A stretch of DNA of 64,000 nucleotides from Candidatus Falkowbacteria bacterium (GCA_963774955.1 CAVZGV010000006.1:8354-72353), one strand, 5' to 3'; counted from the stretch's first letter, positions 50,175 to 58,158 are shown. The notes: generated by a model from the letters alone, not told the origin. Numbers and translations: made by a program.

Positions 50175-50229
50175 AAACTGCTCGTCAGGACTTTGGGGTT
50201 GTGGTTTTTCTTTAACATATTAATTCTTC

Positions 50230-50316
50230 GGGCGAAAACGCCCTGAAATATATTTCACGTAGGGGCGGGTCGCGACCCGCCCCTACGACTGCCGTAGGCA
50301 ACAGGCGTTTTCGCCC
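50230..50316. repeat. GC-rich nested-palindrome element, copy 2 (GGGCGAAAACGCC…GTAGGGGCGGGTCGCGACCCGCCCCTAC…GGCGTTTTCGCCC)
   Basis: Same terminal 11-mers as copies 1, 3 and 4. The inner palindrome is 12 bp. Confidence 0.8.
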
Positions 50317-50341
50317 TACCACTACTTTAGACTTTATGGAC

Positions 50342-50791
50342 TTACAATCTTTCCACCGGTCCCACCAGGCTGAAGAAATTATTATAATTCAGCTTTTCCA
50401 ATTCCTTATCCGTAGAAACTATGATAATATTGCTTTCCTCCGGAATATCTAAAGTCACCCAGTCTTCCAATTTAGAAAATTGCATTCTTTTATCATGAGA
50501 AATCAGATACAATTGGTTATAAATCTTGGGATCAAGATATTCATGGAGCCTGATTATTGCCCATCTTTTATTTTTCATGGCTTCATACAGCCAGTCAATC
50601 TGAGTCTCCGCATCTTTATTCGGAGTTAATTCAAATGAGGTGACCATATTTAAATCAGGGGCCAGATTAGAAATGTCTGCTAAAGTCTCTTTTTTAACGA
50701 CTAAAAGGCCAATTTCCTTGGTCGCAGCCGGCTGTAACCTGCTGACTACTTCATAAAATTTTTTAATTTTTTCAATGTTTTTTGGAGTCAT
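50342..50791 (-). CDS. Hypothetical 149-aa protein upstream-adjacent to VWA/MoxR pair
   Basis: ORF in the same orientation. No family assigned. Confidence 0.45.
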   Translation of the reverse strand: MTPKNIEKIKKFYEVVSRLQPAATKEIGLLVVKKETLADISNLAPDLNMVTSFELTPNKDAETQIDWLYEAMKNKRWAIIRLHEYLDPKIYNQLYLISHDKRMQFSKLEDWVTLDIPEESNIIIVSTDKELEKLNYNNFFSLVGPVERL

Positions 50792-50895
50792 AATGTTTCA
50801 TGATGTTATATTAGGTTTTATAAGGTTATATAAAGTTTATAAGTTGCTTTGTTGGAATTTGTAATAATCTGTATTTGATTTGTAGATTTGTATCA

Positions 50896-52914
50896 TCATT
50901 TTTTCTGAATTAAACCTTTAACCGTATCGCCAATTTGCTGAGCATAATCATCAATATTAATCGAAGGCAGGTTTTTTACCCGCGGCAAAGAATCATCATA
51001 AAACTCTTGGACATGGTCAGTACCCGGACCGATGCCTGTACCCAGCACATACTGTTCACCTTGTCTGGAAATATCTTTAATCACTTCTTTTAACTGTTCG
51101 TTCTTATCTAAATCCGCATATCTTTGAACATCAGTATCAGGTGCCGGAGCCGGCTGTCCGTCAGAAGTCACAATTAAAAACTGACTATCACCGCCTGCAG
51201 CCGCTAAAATCTGACTGGCTTCATCCACGCAATAAGCATCGCTGTTATGACCATTTTCATTATTGGCGCCGGGCCTGCTATTTTTGCCCGCAGCCTCATC
51301 TTTCATGCCGCTCATTCTTTCTCTGACAGCGTCATCCATTTTATCATCAAAATCTTTAAACTTTATCAGCTTATCCTGAAAACCGTAAATGGCCACTTTT
51401 AAATTAGGCAAAGTATTCCCGACCCGTTCCAGAGCCTCGGACAGTAAAACCGCGCTTTTGAAAGCCTCGGCGATTTTTTCACCATCCATGGACCCTGAAA
51501 GATCGATTAACAGTAAAAAAGTAAAAGACTCTCTTTCCAAGGTTTTTCTGGTTTCAAATAATTCCCTATATTCCTTGGTCGCGGCCCATTTCATAGCGCC
51601 TTTGAGGCGCAGACGCTGGCCCGGAAATCTGGTTTTAAATTTGGGAAATCGCTCCAAAATAAAAGCATTAATCAGATCATCAGCCACATCATCAATATAT
51701 TTGGCGACTGATTCATAAGCTTTGTCATATTCACTTTTTTGGGCTTCTAGTTTTTTCTCCAGATCTCTTAAAGTTTTTCTATTTTCCCTTTCTTTGGCCT
51801 TGTCTTCCTTTTTCTTTTCTTCATCCTCTTTCTCTTCCTTGGCTGATTTTTTTTGTTTCACAAAATGACCTTTCAGTTCCTTATTTAAATCATCTTCCAA
51901 CCCGTCCAGACTATCTTCAGCTGCTTTGGCAGCTTTTTCCTCCCATTTTTTCCTGTCTTCTTCTGACAGGCCATCCAGCCATTCCTTTAATTTCTTTTTC
52001 AACTGTTCGCGTAAATCTTCCGGTATTTGATCCAGTGGTAAAGGCTCACCGTTGGCACCTTGACCTTCTTCAGGTAAGTCAAAATTACTGTTTTCAATCA
52101 TGTCCTTGATCTTCTGCCGCATTTCCTCATCTTCAAAAGACTTGTCAATCAGCTGTTCATAAACCGGCCAGATAGTATTGTAAACAAGATTGTAAACTCT
52201 TTTGGCTTGTTCAACTATATCATCCTCCTTGGGATCTTTAATATCCGGCAAAGTCTCATAAGCCAGTTCCGCATACTGATTGGTTTCATCCAGGGCTTCC
52301 TGGACATCTTCAGGTAAATTTTCAGAAAATTTTTGATAAAACCAGTAACGGATAATTTCCAAACCATATTTAATATGTTTAGGCGTATAACCCAGCTTGT
52401 CTTTGGCTTTCATATCCAGATGGTCAACCGGCAAATCCTCCAGATAAACCTGATTCAACCATTCGCGGGCACCCTTGTATTTTTGCATGGCGAAATTATT
52501 AACCCGAGGATCTTCAACCGCATTCATCAGGAAAGAAAAGCCTGTAGTTTGCCAGACATTTTTGGGAATAAAATCCACCCGCGAAATATTACGGTGAGCA
52601 CCTTCATGGGCCAGTACACCCCAGCAATATTCCTTACTTTTTTCTACGATATCAACGGGATCAACCTCAATTTTATTATAAGGTTTGAAAATATAACGCC
52701 AGCCGCGTTCTTTGCCGACTTCAACTTTAACCCCAAAATCCTCGCCAATGACTTTACCCAAGGTAATTAACTCTTCCATTCTTTGTTTGACTTCGGCTGT
52801 CATTTCCGGCTTAGCTTCTGGCGGGACCGTCTGGCTAGATTGATTGGGATTTTCACTCTCTAAATGAAAAGATTGTTCCTTCATATATTTATCTTTATTT
52901 TTTCTTGGGTTCAC
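50896..52914 (-). CDS. DUF2201-like protein: N-terminal putative metallopeptidase-like region (HEGAH = HExxH) + C-terminal VWA domain with MIDAS (DLSGSMDG)
   Basis: 672 aa. Contains …CWGVLAHEGAHRN… and …FLLLIDLSGSMDGEKI…TSDGQP. Overlaps the start of the MoxR gene by 20 nt. Confidence 0.7.
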   Translation of the reverse strand: MNPRKNKDKYMKEQSFHLESENPNQSSQTVPPEAKPEMTAEVKQRMEELITLGKVIGEDFGVKVEVGKERGWRYIFKPYNKIEVDPVDIVEKSKEYCWGVLAHEGAHRNISRVDFIPKNVWQTTGFSFLMNAVEDPRVNNFAMQKYKGAREWLNQVYLEDLPVDHLDMKAKDKLGYTPKHIKYGLEIIRYWFYQKFSENLPEDVQEALDETNQYAELAYETLPDIKDPKEDDIVEQAKRVYNLVYNTIWPVYEQLIDKSFEDEEMRQKIKDMIENSNFDLPEEGQGANGEPLPLDQIPEDLREQLKKKLKEWLDGLSEEDRKKWEEKAAKAAEDSLDGLEDDLNKELKGHFVKQKKSAKEEKEDEEKKKEDKAKERENRKTLRDLEKKLEAQKSEYDKAYESVAKYIDDVADDLINAFILERFPKFKTRFPGQRLRLKGAMKWAATKEYRELFETRKTLERESFTFLLLIDLSGSMDGEKIAEAFKSAVLLSEALERVGNTLPNLKVAIYGFQDKLIKFKDFDDKMDDAVRERMSGMKDEAAGKNSRPGANNENGHNSDAYCVDEASQILAAAGGDSQFLIVTSDGQPAPAPDTDVQRYADLDKNEQLKEVIKDISRQGEQYVLGTGIGPGTDHVQEFYDDSLPRVKNLPSINIDDYAQQIGDTVKGLIQKK

Positions 52915-54349
52915 CCTTACCCATTATTTTACTTTTGGCTTCTGGCGGCAGACCCATGCCCAGCAGATCACCTTTTATGGCGCGAAGCTGTTTTTCCATT
53001 TCCAATAATTCCTGAGCTTCAGCCTTGATCTCAGGTTCCTGAACTTTTATCAGTTCCTCGGCCACTAATTTTAAATCGTCCCGATCTTTCTTATCCTTGC
53101 ATTTATTCATAAATAAATGTTCAATGGCCTCGGTAATCACCTCTTTCATCCGGCCGACCTCATGAAATTTTCTGAGATAATCTTCAAACCTGACCGCGTC
53201 TCTTTGATCAAAAACGAATTTCTGTTCCTGTTTTTGACAAATTGATTTTTTTTCTAGCATTTCAATCCCCTTATAAACAAATTCACTAAATTTATCAGCC
53301 AGGTCAGCCAGCCATTCCTCTTGATAATATGCAGTCATCTTTTTATCTTCAAGTATCGGAGAAAGTGAAAGATAGCGCAAATTTTTCAGTTCCGGTTCTT
53401 GGGGCGTACAGCCGAAACTTAAAGCCACGCGCGATTTAAAAACATTTTTGGGCAATTTGCCAAGATTCTGATAATTCCAACGGGAAATCCATTCAGCTGA
53501 CAAGGGCACACGGCCTTTGAAATCGCCTCCGGGCGGATTAACCGTGGCAAAGAGCCGAAAATCTTTATGGCGAGGAATTACTTTTGAACCGTCTTCATGC
53601 AAAACCAGCTGGCCGCCTTTTTCCAAAACAGCATTTAAACGCACCAGAATCTGAGGTTCGCAGGTATTGACTTCATCCAATACAGACCAGGCTCCCTCCA
53701 GCATCTGTTTAGGTATATCGCCGTTTTGCCAGGCCCATTCGCTTTCCGAGACTTCAATGCCTTCCAACTCGGCAATCTGCTGCATTTCCTTCTTGGTTAA
53801 CCCGATTTTCTGTTTGGCAATGACTTTGGAGTCACTAGGATCGCTTTCTTTTAATTTACTGACATCAATATTCTCTATTTTTGTTTTAGCTTCGATCAAC
53901 TTTCTGGCTTCCTCACTGGTGCACTTTTCCGGATGTTTTAATAAAACGTTAATTTTGTCTTTCAAACCTTCTACCCTGGGAACCCATTTGCCGATCAGGT
54001 CGGTCACATCAGTCTGGCCATTTAAGGACATTCTGTAAACGGGTTTATTTAAAAGCATAGCCAGATATTCCACGGTAATGGTTTTACCAATAGCCTGTTC
54101 ACCCTCAATCATCAGCGGTGAATCCATTTCCACTGCTTTGGCAATATCCTGCAGTAATTTAAGAGAATAATCGTCCAAAGAAAAATCCTCAAAGCGTTCA
54201 GGCTTTGGCACTTTATCGGACGTTTCTCTGTTTTTGAACATCTCAATGCCCAGGATTTTGACCCGATTTTCAAACTCCTGGACCGGTTCTTTTGATTCCT
54301 CCTCAGGCGCTGCCCCCATGCCCGGGATATTCATGTCTGGTGATCTCAT
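52895..54349 (-). CDS. MoxR-like AAA+ ATPase (AAA_5/dynein-related clade) with N-terminal extension and insertion after Walker A
   Basis: Walker A is GEQAIGKT. Walker B is VLDEVN. Sensor region is ATVNPPGG. 484 aa. Confidence 0.75.
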   Translation of the reverse strand: MRSPDMNIPGMGAAPEEESKEPVQEFENRVKILGIEMFKNRETSDKVPKPERFEDFSLDDYSLKLLQDIAKAVEMDSPLMIEGEQAIGKTITVEYLAMLLNKPVYRMSLNGQTDVTDLIGKWVPRVEGLKDKINVLLKHPEKCTSEEARKLIEAKTKIENIDVSKLKESDPSDSKVIAKQKIGLTKKEMQQIAELEGIEVSESEWAWQNGDIPKQMLEGAWSVLDEVNTCEPQILVRLNAVLEKGGQLVLHEDGSKVIPRHKDFRLFATVNPPGGDFKGRVPLSAEWISRWNYQNLGKLPKNVFKSRVALSFGCTPQEPELKNLRYLSLSPILEDKKMTAYYQEEWLADLADKFSEFVYKGIEMLEKKSICQKQEQKFVFDQRDAVRFEDYLRKFHEVGRMKEVITEAIEHLFMNKCKDKKDRDDLKLVAEELIKVQEPEIKAEAQELLEMEKQLRAIKGDLLGMGLPPEAKSKIMGKGEPKKK

Positions 54350-54418
54350 AATTTTAAAGTTAATTTTAATTTTTAATATTGTGTATACCGCTACGCGGCA
54401 TTAGTATTTATCAATTTG

Positions 54419-55192
54419 TTACTCGATTGATTCAAGCGGATTAATATATCTTGTCCATCTGCCGGTACCGTCACCATGATCAGCAAATTCTGCAATAACG
54501 GAAATAGTCCTCGGCTTTTTTTCGGTAAATTTCGACCTGTGGATTACTGTATTACTTGACGAACCTACACTGCCATAACGACCTTTCAAAAAATATTCAT
54601 ACTCAACTTCGGGCAAACCAACCTGTATCAGCTGTAAATGCAGTAAATTCCCTTTGGAATCAATAATTTTCTTGGTGGCAAAAAAGTGGGTATCTGTCAG
54701 GCCTTCAATATCTCCGATAATATCCCTGATTTCTTTTTCCGTAAATACTTTTGATGATTCTATTTCCGCTTTATTAGAATCAATAACTTCGGGTTTAAAA
54801 TCTTGCCATTTAGTAATTAATGATTTTTGGTTCAACAACATTTTTGCCCGGGTTTGACGATATGCAGGCCTAAGCCCATAATTTTTTTCATTATCGGCTA
54901 TGTTCATATCTATTAAATCCAATTGATTTTTGATAATCTCAGGGGTAATTTTATAACCGCTGTTATTTTCAAATTGAATAGTTTGCAATAGATTTAATAG
55001 TTGCTGGTAAATTTTAAAGGCATTTACTCCCCTGCCGGCTTGCTCCTCCGCCTTGGCCTCATCAATCATAGTCATGACTTTTTCCTTTTCTTCCGGCGTT
55101 AAATCCATTTCCTTAACCCGACCCAAAGTCTGGCGAGCCATTTCCAGGGCCTTAGATTCTGAACTTTTAGGTTGTAGTATTTCTTTGGGCAT
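54419..55192 (-). CDS. Paralog P12 (N-module + short beta-module)
   Basis: MPKEILQPKSSESKALEMARQTLGRVKEMDLTPEEKEKVMTMIDEA… and a C-terminal …GNLLHLQLIQVGLPEVEYEYFL…. Confidence 0.65.
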   Translation of the reverse strand: MPKEILQPKSSESKALEMARQTLGRVKEMDLTPEEKEKVMTMIDEAKAEEQAGRGVNAFKIYQQLLNLLQTIQFENNSGYKITPEIIKNQLDLIDMNIADNEKNYGLRPAYRQTRAKMLLNQKSLITKWQDFKPEVIDSNKAEIESSKVFTEKEIRDIIGDIEGLTDTHFFATKKIIDSKGNLLHLQLIQVGLPEVEYEYFLKGRYGSVGSSSNTVIHRSKFTEKKPRTISVIAEFADHGDGTGRWTRYINPLESIE

Positions 55193-55213
55193 AAATTAAT
55201 TAACTTGGGAAAA

Positions 55214-55975
55214 TCAGTCTAAAATTTCCCACATATGCAATTTCATATTATATTTAGCCATTTCTCTGATCTGTCTCTTTCGTTTATCTTGAAGATTAAC
55301 TTCATATTTAATAATCACAGTATCAGTAACATCCTTCTTACCCTTAGTATCTTCAAATATTTCTGACAAATGGATCCGAAAACCGATCTCCGGTTTGCCC
55401 GCTACATGTAAATCCAAATATACCAAATGACCATCCTCATCCAAACCTTTATCATCTAAAAAAAGGGCGCCCTCGGGAAATTTTTCTTGATTTTTGATCA
55501 GATCCCAAATATCTTTTTCTTTTAACACCTCCGGAACATAATTATGTTGTTCTGCGGGAATGTATCTTGTTTTCATTTCAGTTGATTTTAAAACCTGCTT
55601 TCTCTGTGCCTGCAATGCATCAACTCTCTGTAAATTTTCCTCTTTAACCCCTGTAGAGGAAATAAGCATATTTGTTAATTTTATTGTTTGAGCGTCTATC
55701 AAACGTAATTGCCTTTTTGTAATTTCCGGGTCATCTATTATTTCACCTTTGTCTTTCGCCTTTAAATGTTCCAGATGTTTTCTTAATTCCAAATATAGAT
55801 TCAAGGCCTTACTTTTATTACCTGCCTTTTCCTCTGCTATAGCCTTATCAATCATAGCCATGACTTTTTCCTTTTCCTCAGGACTTAAATCCATTTCCTT
55901 GACCCGACCCAAAGTCTGGCGTGCCATTTCCATGGTCTTAGTTTTATTTTTCGGTTGTTCTAAACTTTTTTTCAT
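55214..55975 (-). CDS. Paralog P13 (N-module + short beta-module)
   Basis: …TMEMARQTLGRVKEMDLSPEEKEKVMAMIDKA… and a C-terminal …GHLVYLDLHVAGKPEIGFRIHL…. Confidence 0.65.
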   Translation of the reverse strand: MKKSLEQPKNKTKTMEMARQTLGRVKEMDLSPEEKEKVMAMIDKAIAEEKAGNKSKALNLYLELRKHLEHLKAKDKGEIIDDPEITKRQLRLIDAQTIKLTNMLISSTGVKEENLQRVDALQAQRKQVLKSTEMKTRYIPAEQHNYVPEVLKEKDIWDLIKNQEKFPEGALFLDDKGLDEDGHLVYLDLHVAGKPEIGFRIHLSEIFEDTKGKKDVTDTVIIKYEVNLQDKRKRQIREMAKYNMKLHMWEILD

Positions 55976-55993
55976 AGACTTTAGACTTTTTAA

Positions 55994-56773
55994 CTATATT
56001 TCCGGTTCCCAAATATGTTTGTCTTCGTTATAACTTGCACTAACACCGACGGTTCTCCCGCCCCTTAATATATCCTTAAAATTTACGGTTTTACCCAGGA
56101 TTGTCCTTGGTTCTACAGAATTTCTTTTTGTATCGATTCGATATTTTGCTGCCAGAAAATACTCAAGCTCAATTTCTGGTTTGCCAACAACCCCTAAATT
56201 AAGATAAAGCAAATCACCTTCTTCATCCACGATTTTTTTATCCAAATAAAGATCCGCATCAGACAATTTTTCCCTTTTCTTAATTTCTTCCCAGACCTGT
56301 TTTTCAGTAAGTATTTCCAGCGCAGTTATTTCCACCTCGTTATTGGGCCGTATTTCCGTTTTTAATTTTCTCGCTTGAATTATCACATTTTTCTGGAGCT
56401 TCAAAGCGGCAAACATTTTATTCAAATATTCTAAATCCTTCATGCTTATTTTAGCGCTTGATATTTTATCACTAATCTCATTAATCCTCATATCAACCAG
56501 CAATAATTGCGTTCTGATCATCTCAAGATCATCCAACATTTCACCGGATAAAGCTAATTTAATATCGTCCAAATATTTTTTCAATACCTGATAAATATTT
56601 ATGGCCTGGCTCGGGTTCACCTTTTCAGCCGCCTTAGCCTGATCAATCATAGCCAGCACTTTTTCTTTTTGTTCAGCTGTCAAATCTATTTCCTTGACCC
56701 GACCCAAAGTCTGGCGGGCCATTTCCAGGGCCTGCGATTCGGAGTTCTTCGGTTGTGGCTTTTCTTTGGGCAT
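55994..56773 (-). CDS. Paralog P14 (N-module + short beta-module)
   Basis: MPKEKPQPKNSESQALEMARQTLGRVKEIDLTAEQKEKVLAMIDQA… and a C-terminal …GDLLYLNLGVVGKPEIELEYFL…. Confidence 0.65.
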   Translation of the reverse strand: MPKEKPQPKNSESQALEMARQTLGRVKEIDLTAEQKEKVLAMIDQAKAAEKVNPSQAINIYQVLKKYLDDIKLALSGEMLDDLEMIRTQLLLVDMRINEISDKISSAKISMKDLEYLNKMFAALKLQKNVIIQARKLKTEIRPNNEVEITALEILTEKQVWEEIKKREKLSDADLYLDKKIVDEEGDLLYLNLGVVGKPEIELEYFLAAKYRIDTKRNSVEPRTILGKTVNFKDILRGGRTVGVSASYNEDKHIWEPEI

Positions 56774-56784
56774 AATATTCAGTT

Positions 56785-56923
56785 GGGCGAAAACGCCCTT
56801 TGTCTTTTGTCATTTCGAGCCCTTCGGTTTCACTCAGGGCAAGCTCCGCCGAGAAAGTATTCTTCCGCGGAGTTTACACTAAACGAAGTGAAGTGGTCGG
56901 TATGACAAAGAACGTTTTCGCCC
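56785..56923. repeat. GC-rich nested-palindrome element, copy 3 (longest, ~139 bp, several internal hairpins)
   Basis: GGGCGAAAACGCCCTTTGTCTTTTGTCAT…CTCCGCCGAGAAAGTATTCTTCCGCGGAG…ATGACAAAGAACGTTTTCGCCC. Confidence 0.8.
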
Positions 56924-56934
56924 TACAAACTTAA

Positions 56935-57684
56935 TTAAATGTCAATTATATCCCAATCCTTTTTAGACTCATCATATCTGGCAACTTGAACGCCATGCAC
57001 GGTACTCCCGGTTTCAGGATCCAATTCCAATCTGGCTAACCCTGTTTCCATTGAGGAACCAATATCCTTAAAACTGCCTGCCAAGATATAATTGTATTCC
57101 GTATCAGGTCGGCCGGCTATGCCAACGTTCAATGATAATAGCATGCCGTGTTCATCAACAGCTTTATGAATAATATATATTTTATCCCACTCCGGTCCCG
57201 GCAAACTTGCTAAAACACATATAAGCTCCAGAACATTAGCTTCTGTGGGTATGGTCTTAGCTTCAATTTTTACGTCTTTCTTCGGGACTATCTCTGTTTT
57301 ATCTTCAAGAGGCTGACGAATAATTTTTTTTTGGGACACCAAAACAGTAAATCGTGACTTTTTTGAATTTTCATCAATTTCCTCATTTGTCATTAAGTCA
57401 GCTATCGCCTGATCAACATATTCCAATTGTTTTTTTATTTTATTATGGTCAACATTTTTATCCTGTTCAATCCCCTGCAAAAATTTCTGCAATTGGATAT
57501 AAATTTTTAAGGCTCTGGCTTTATTGCCTGAATTTTCTTCAGCTTTAGCCTGGTCAATCAGGGCCATCATCTTTTCATGTTGCTCCGATGTCAAATCCAT
57601 TTCTTTCACCCGACCCAAAGTCTGCCTGGCCATTTCCAGGGTCTGTGTTTCTGAACTATTTGATTGTGGTTTTTCTTTGGGCAT
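56935..57684 (-). CDS. Paralog P15 (N-module + short beta-module)
   Basis: MPKEKPQSNSSETQTLEMARQTLGRVKEMDLTSEQHEKMMALIDQA… and a C-terminal …GMLLSLNVGIAGRPDTEYNYIL…. Confidence 0.65.
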   Translation of the reverse strand: MPKEKPQSNSSETQTLEMARQTLGRVKEMDLTSEQHEKMMALIDQAKAEENSGNKARALKIYIQLQKFLQGIEQDKNVDHNKIKKQLEYVDQAIADLMTNEEIDENSKKSRFTVLVSQKKIIRQPLEDKTEIVPKKDVKIEAKTIPTEANVLELICVLASLPGPEWDKIYIIHKAVDEHGMLLSLNVGIAGRPDTEYNYILAGSFKDIGSSMETGLARLELDPETGSTVHGVQVARYDESKKDWDIIDI

Positions 57685-57705
57685 AAATTGATTGCTAGGC
57701 GAAAA

Positions 57706-57786
57706 CGGCTGGCGTCAGAGACGTTGGTCGGTAGAGACACGGTTAACCGTGTCTCTACCGTCCGTAAACAACAGCCGTTTTCGCCC
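57706..57786. repeat. GC-rich nested-palindrome element, copy 4
   Basis: AGGCGAAAACGGCTGGCG…GTAGAGACACGGTTAACCGTGTCTCTACCGTCCGTAAACAACAGCCGTTTTCGCCC. About 80% identical to copy 1. Confidence 0.8.
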
Positions 57787-57902
57787 TGTTATAATATTAA
57801 AAAATTACCAACTTCCCCCTGAAATTAGTTATTTTAATAATGTGGATAACACTGATCAATCTATATTAATTTTATCATTTATTAGCCAAAAAAAGAAGGG
57901 GA

Positions 57903-58157
57903 TTACTCCCCCTCAATCTCTTTTAGTGCCCAACCGTCAATTTTGGCTGACCTTACATCAATTTTTAAATTATCTGCTAAGGTTCCTCGAGCCAGCATTT
58001 GCATATTAAAAGCCAGATTTTCTGAATTTATTTCTTCGCCATGTTCAATAACGCTTCCCAGCTCAACCGTAGCTCTGGTCACTTTAGAAAGCTTATTCTG
58101 CCTGGCATATTCCAGGACCAAATTTAAAATTTTATTGGCTTCGTGCAAATCGTGCAT
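57903..58157 (-). CDS. hypA: HypA-like protein, N-terminal (Ni-binding MHE) domain only; C-terminal Cys4 zinc finger absent
   Basis: MHDLHEANKILNLVLEYARQNKLSKVTRATVELGSV…ARGTLA… has HypA architecture. There are no Cys residues and it ends at 84 aa. Followed by a GGGGAGTAATCCCC-T-run hairpin. Confidence 0.5.
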   Translation of the reverse strand: MHDLHEANKILNLVLEYARQNKLSKVTRATVELGSVIEHGEEINSENLAFNMQMLARGTLADNLKIDVRSAKIDGWALKEIEGE

Positions 58158-58158
58158 A

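Noticed and set aside
48776-57786. The GC-rich palindromic elements as a CRISPR array or tRNA genes.
   Set aside because: There are only four copies, irregularly spaced at 1.4 to 6.5 kb. Their inner sequences differ completely. There is no cloverleaf and no T-loop GTTCRANYC motif.
57692-58009. 105-aa plus-strand ORF spanning repeat element 4 and the hypA-like region.
   Set aside because: It runs through the palindromic element and is antisense to the hypA-like gene. There is no RBS and the composition is nonsense.
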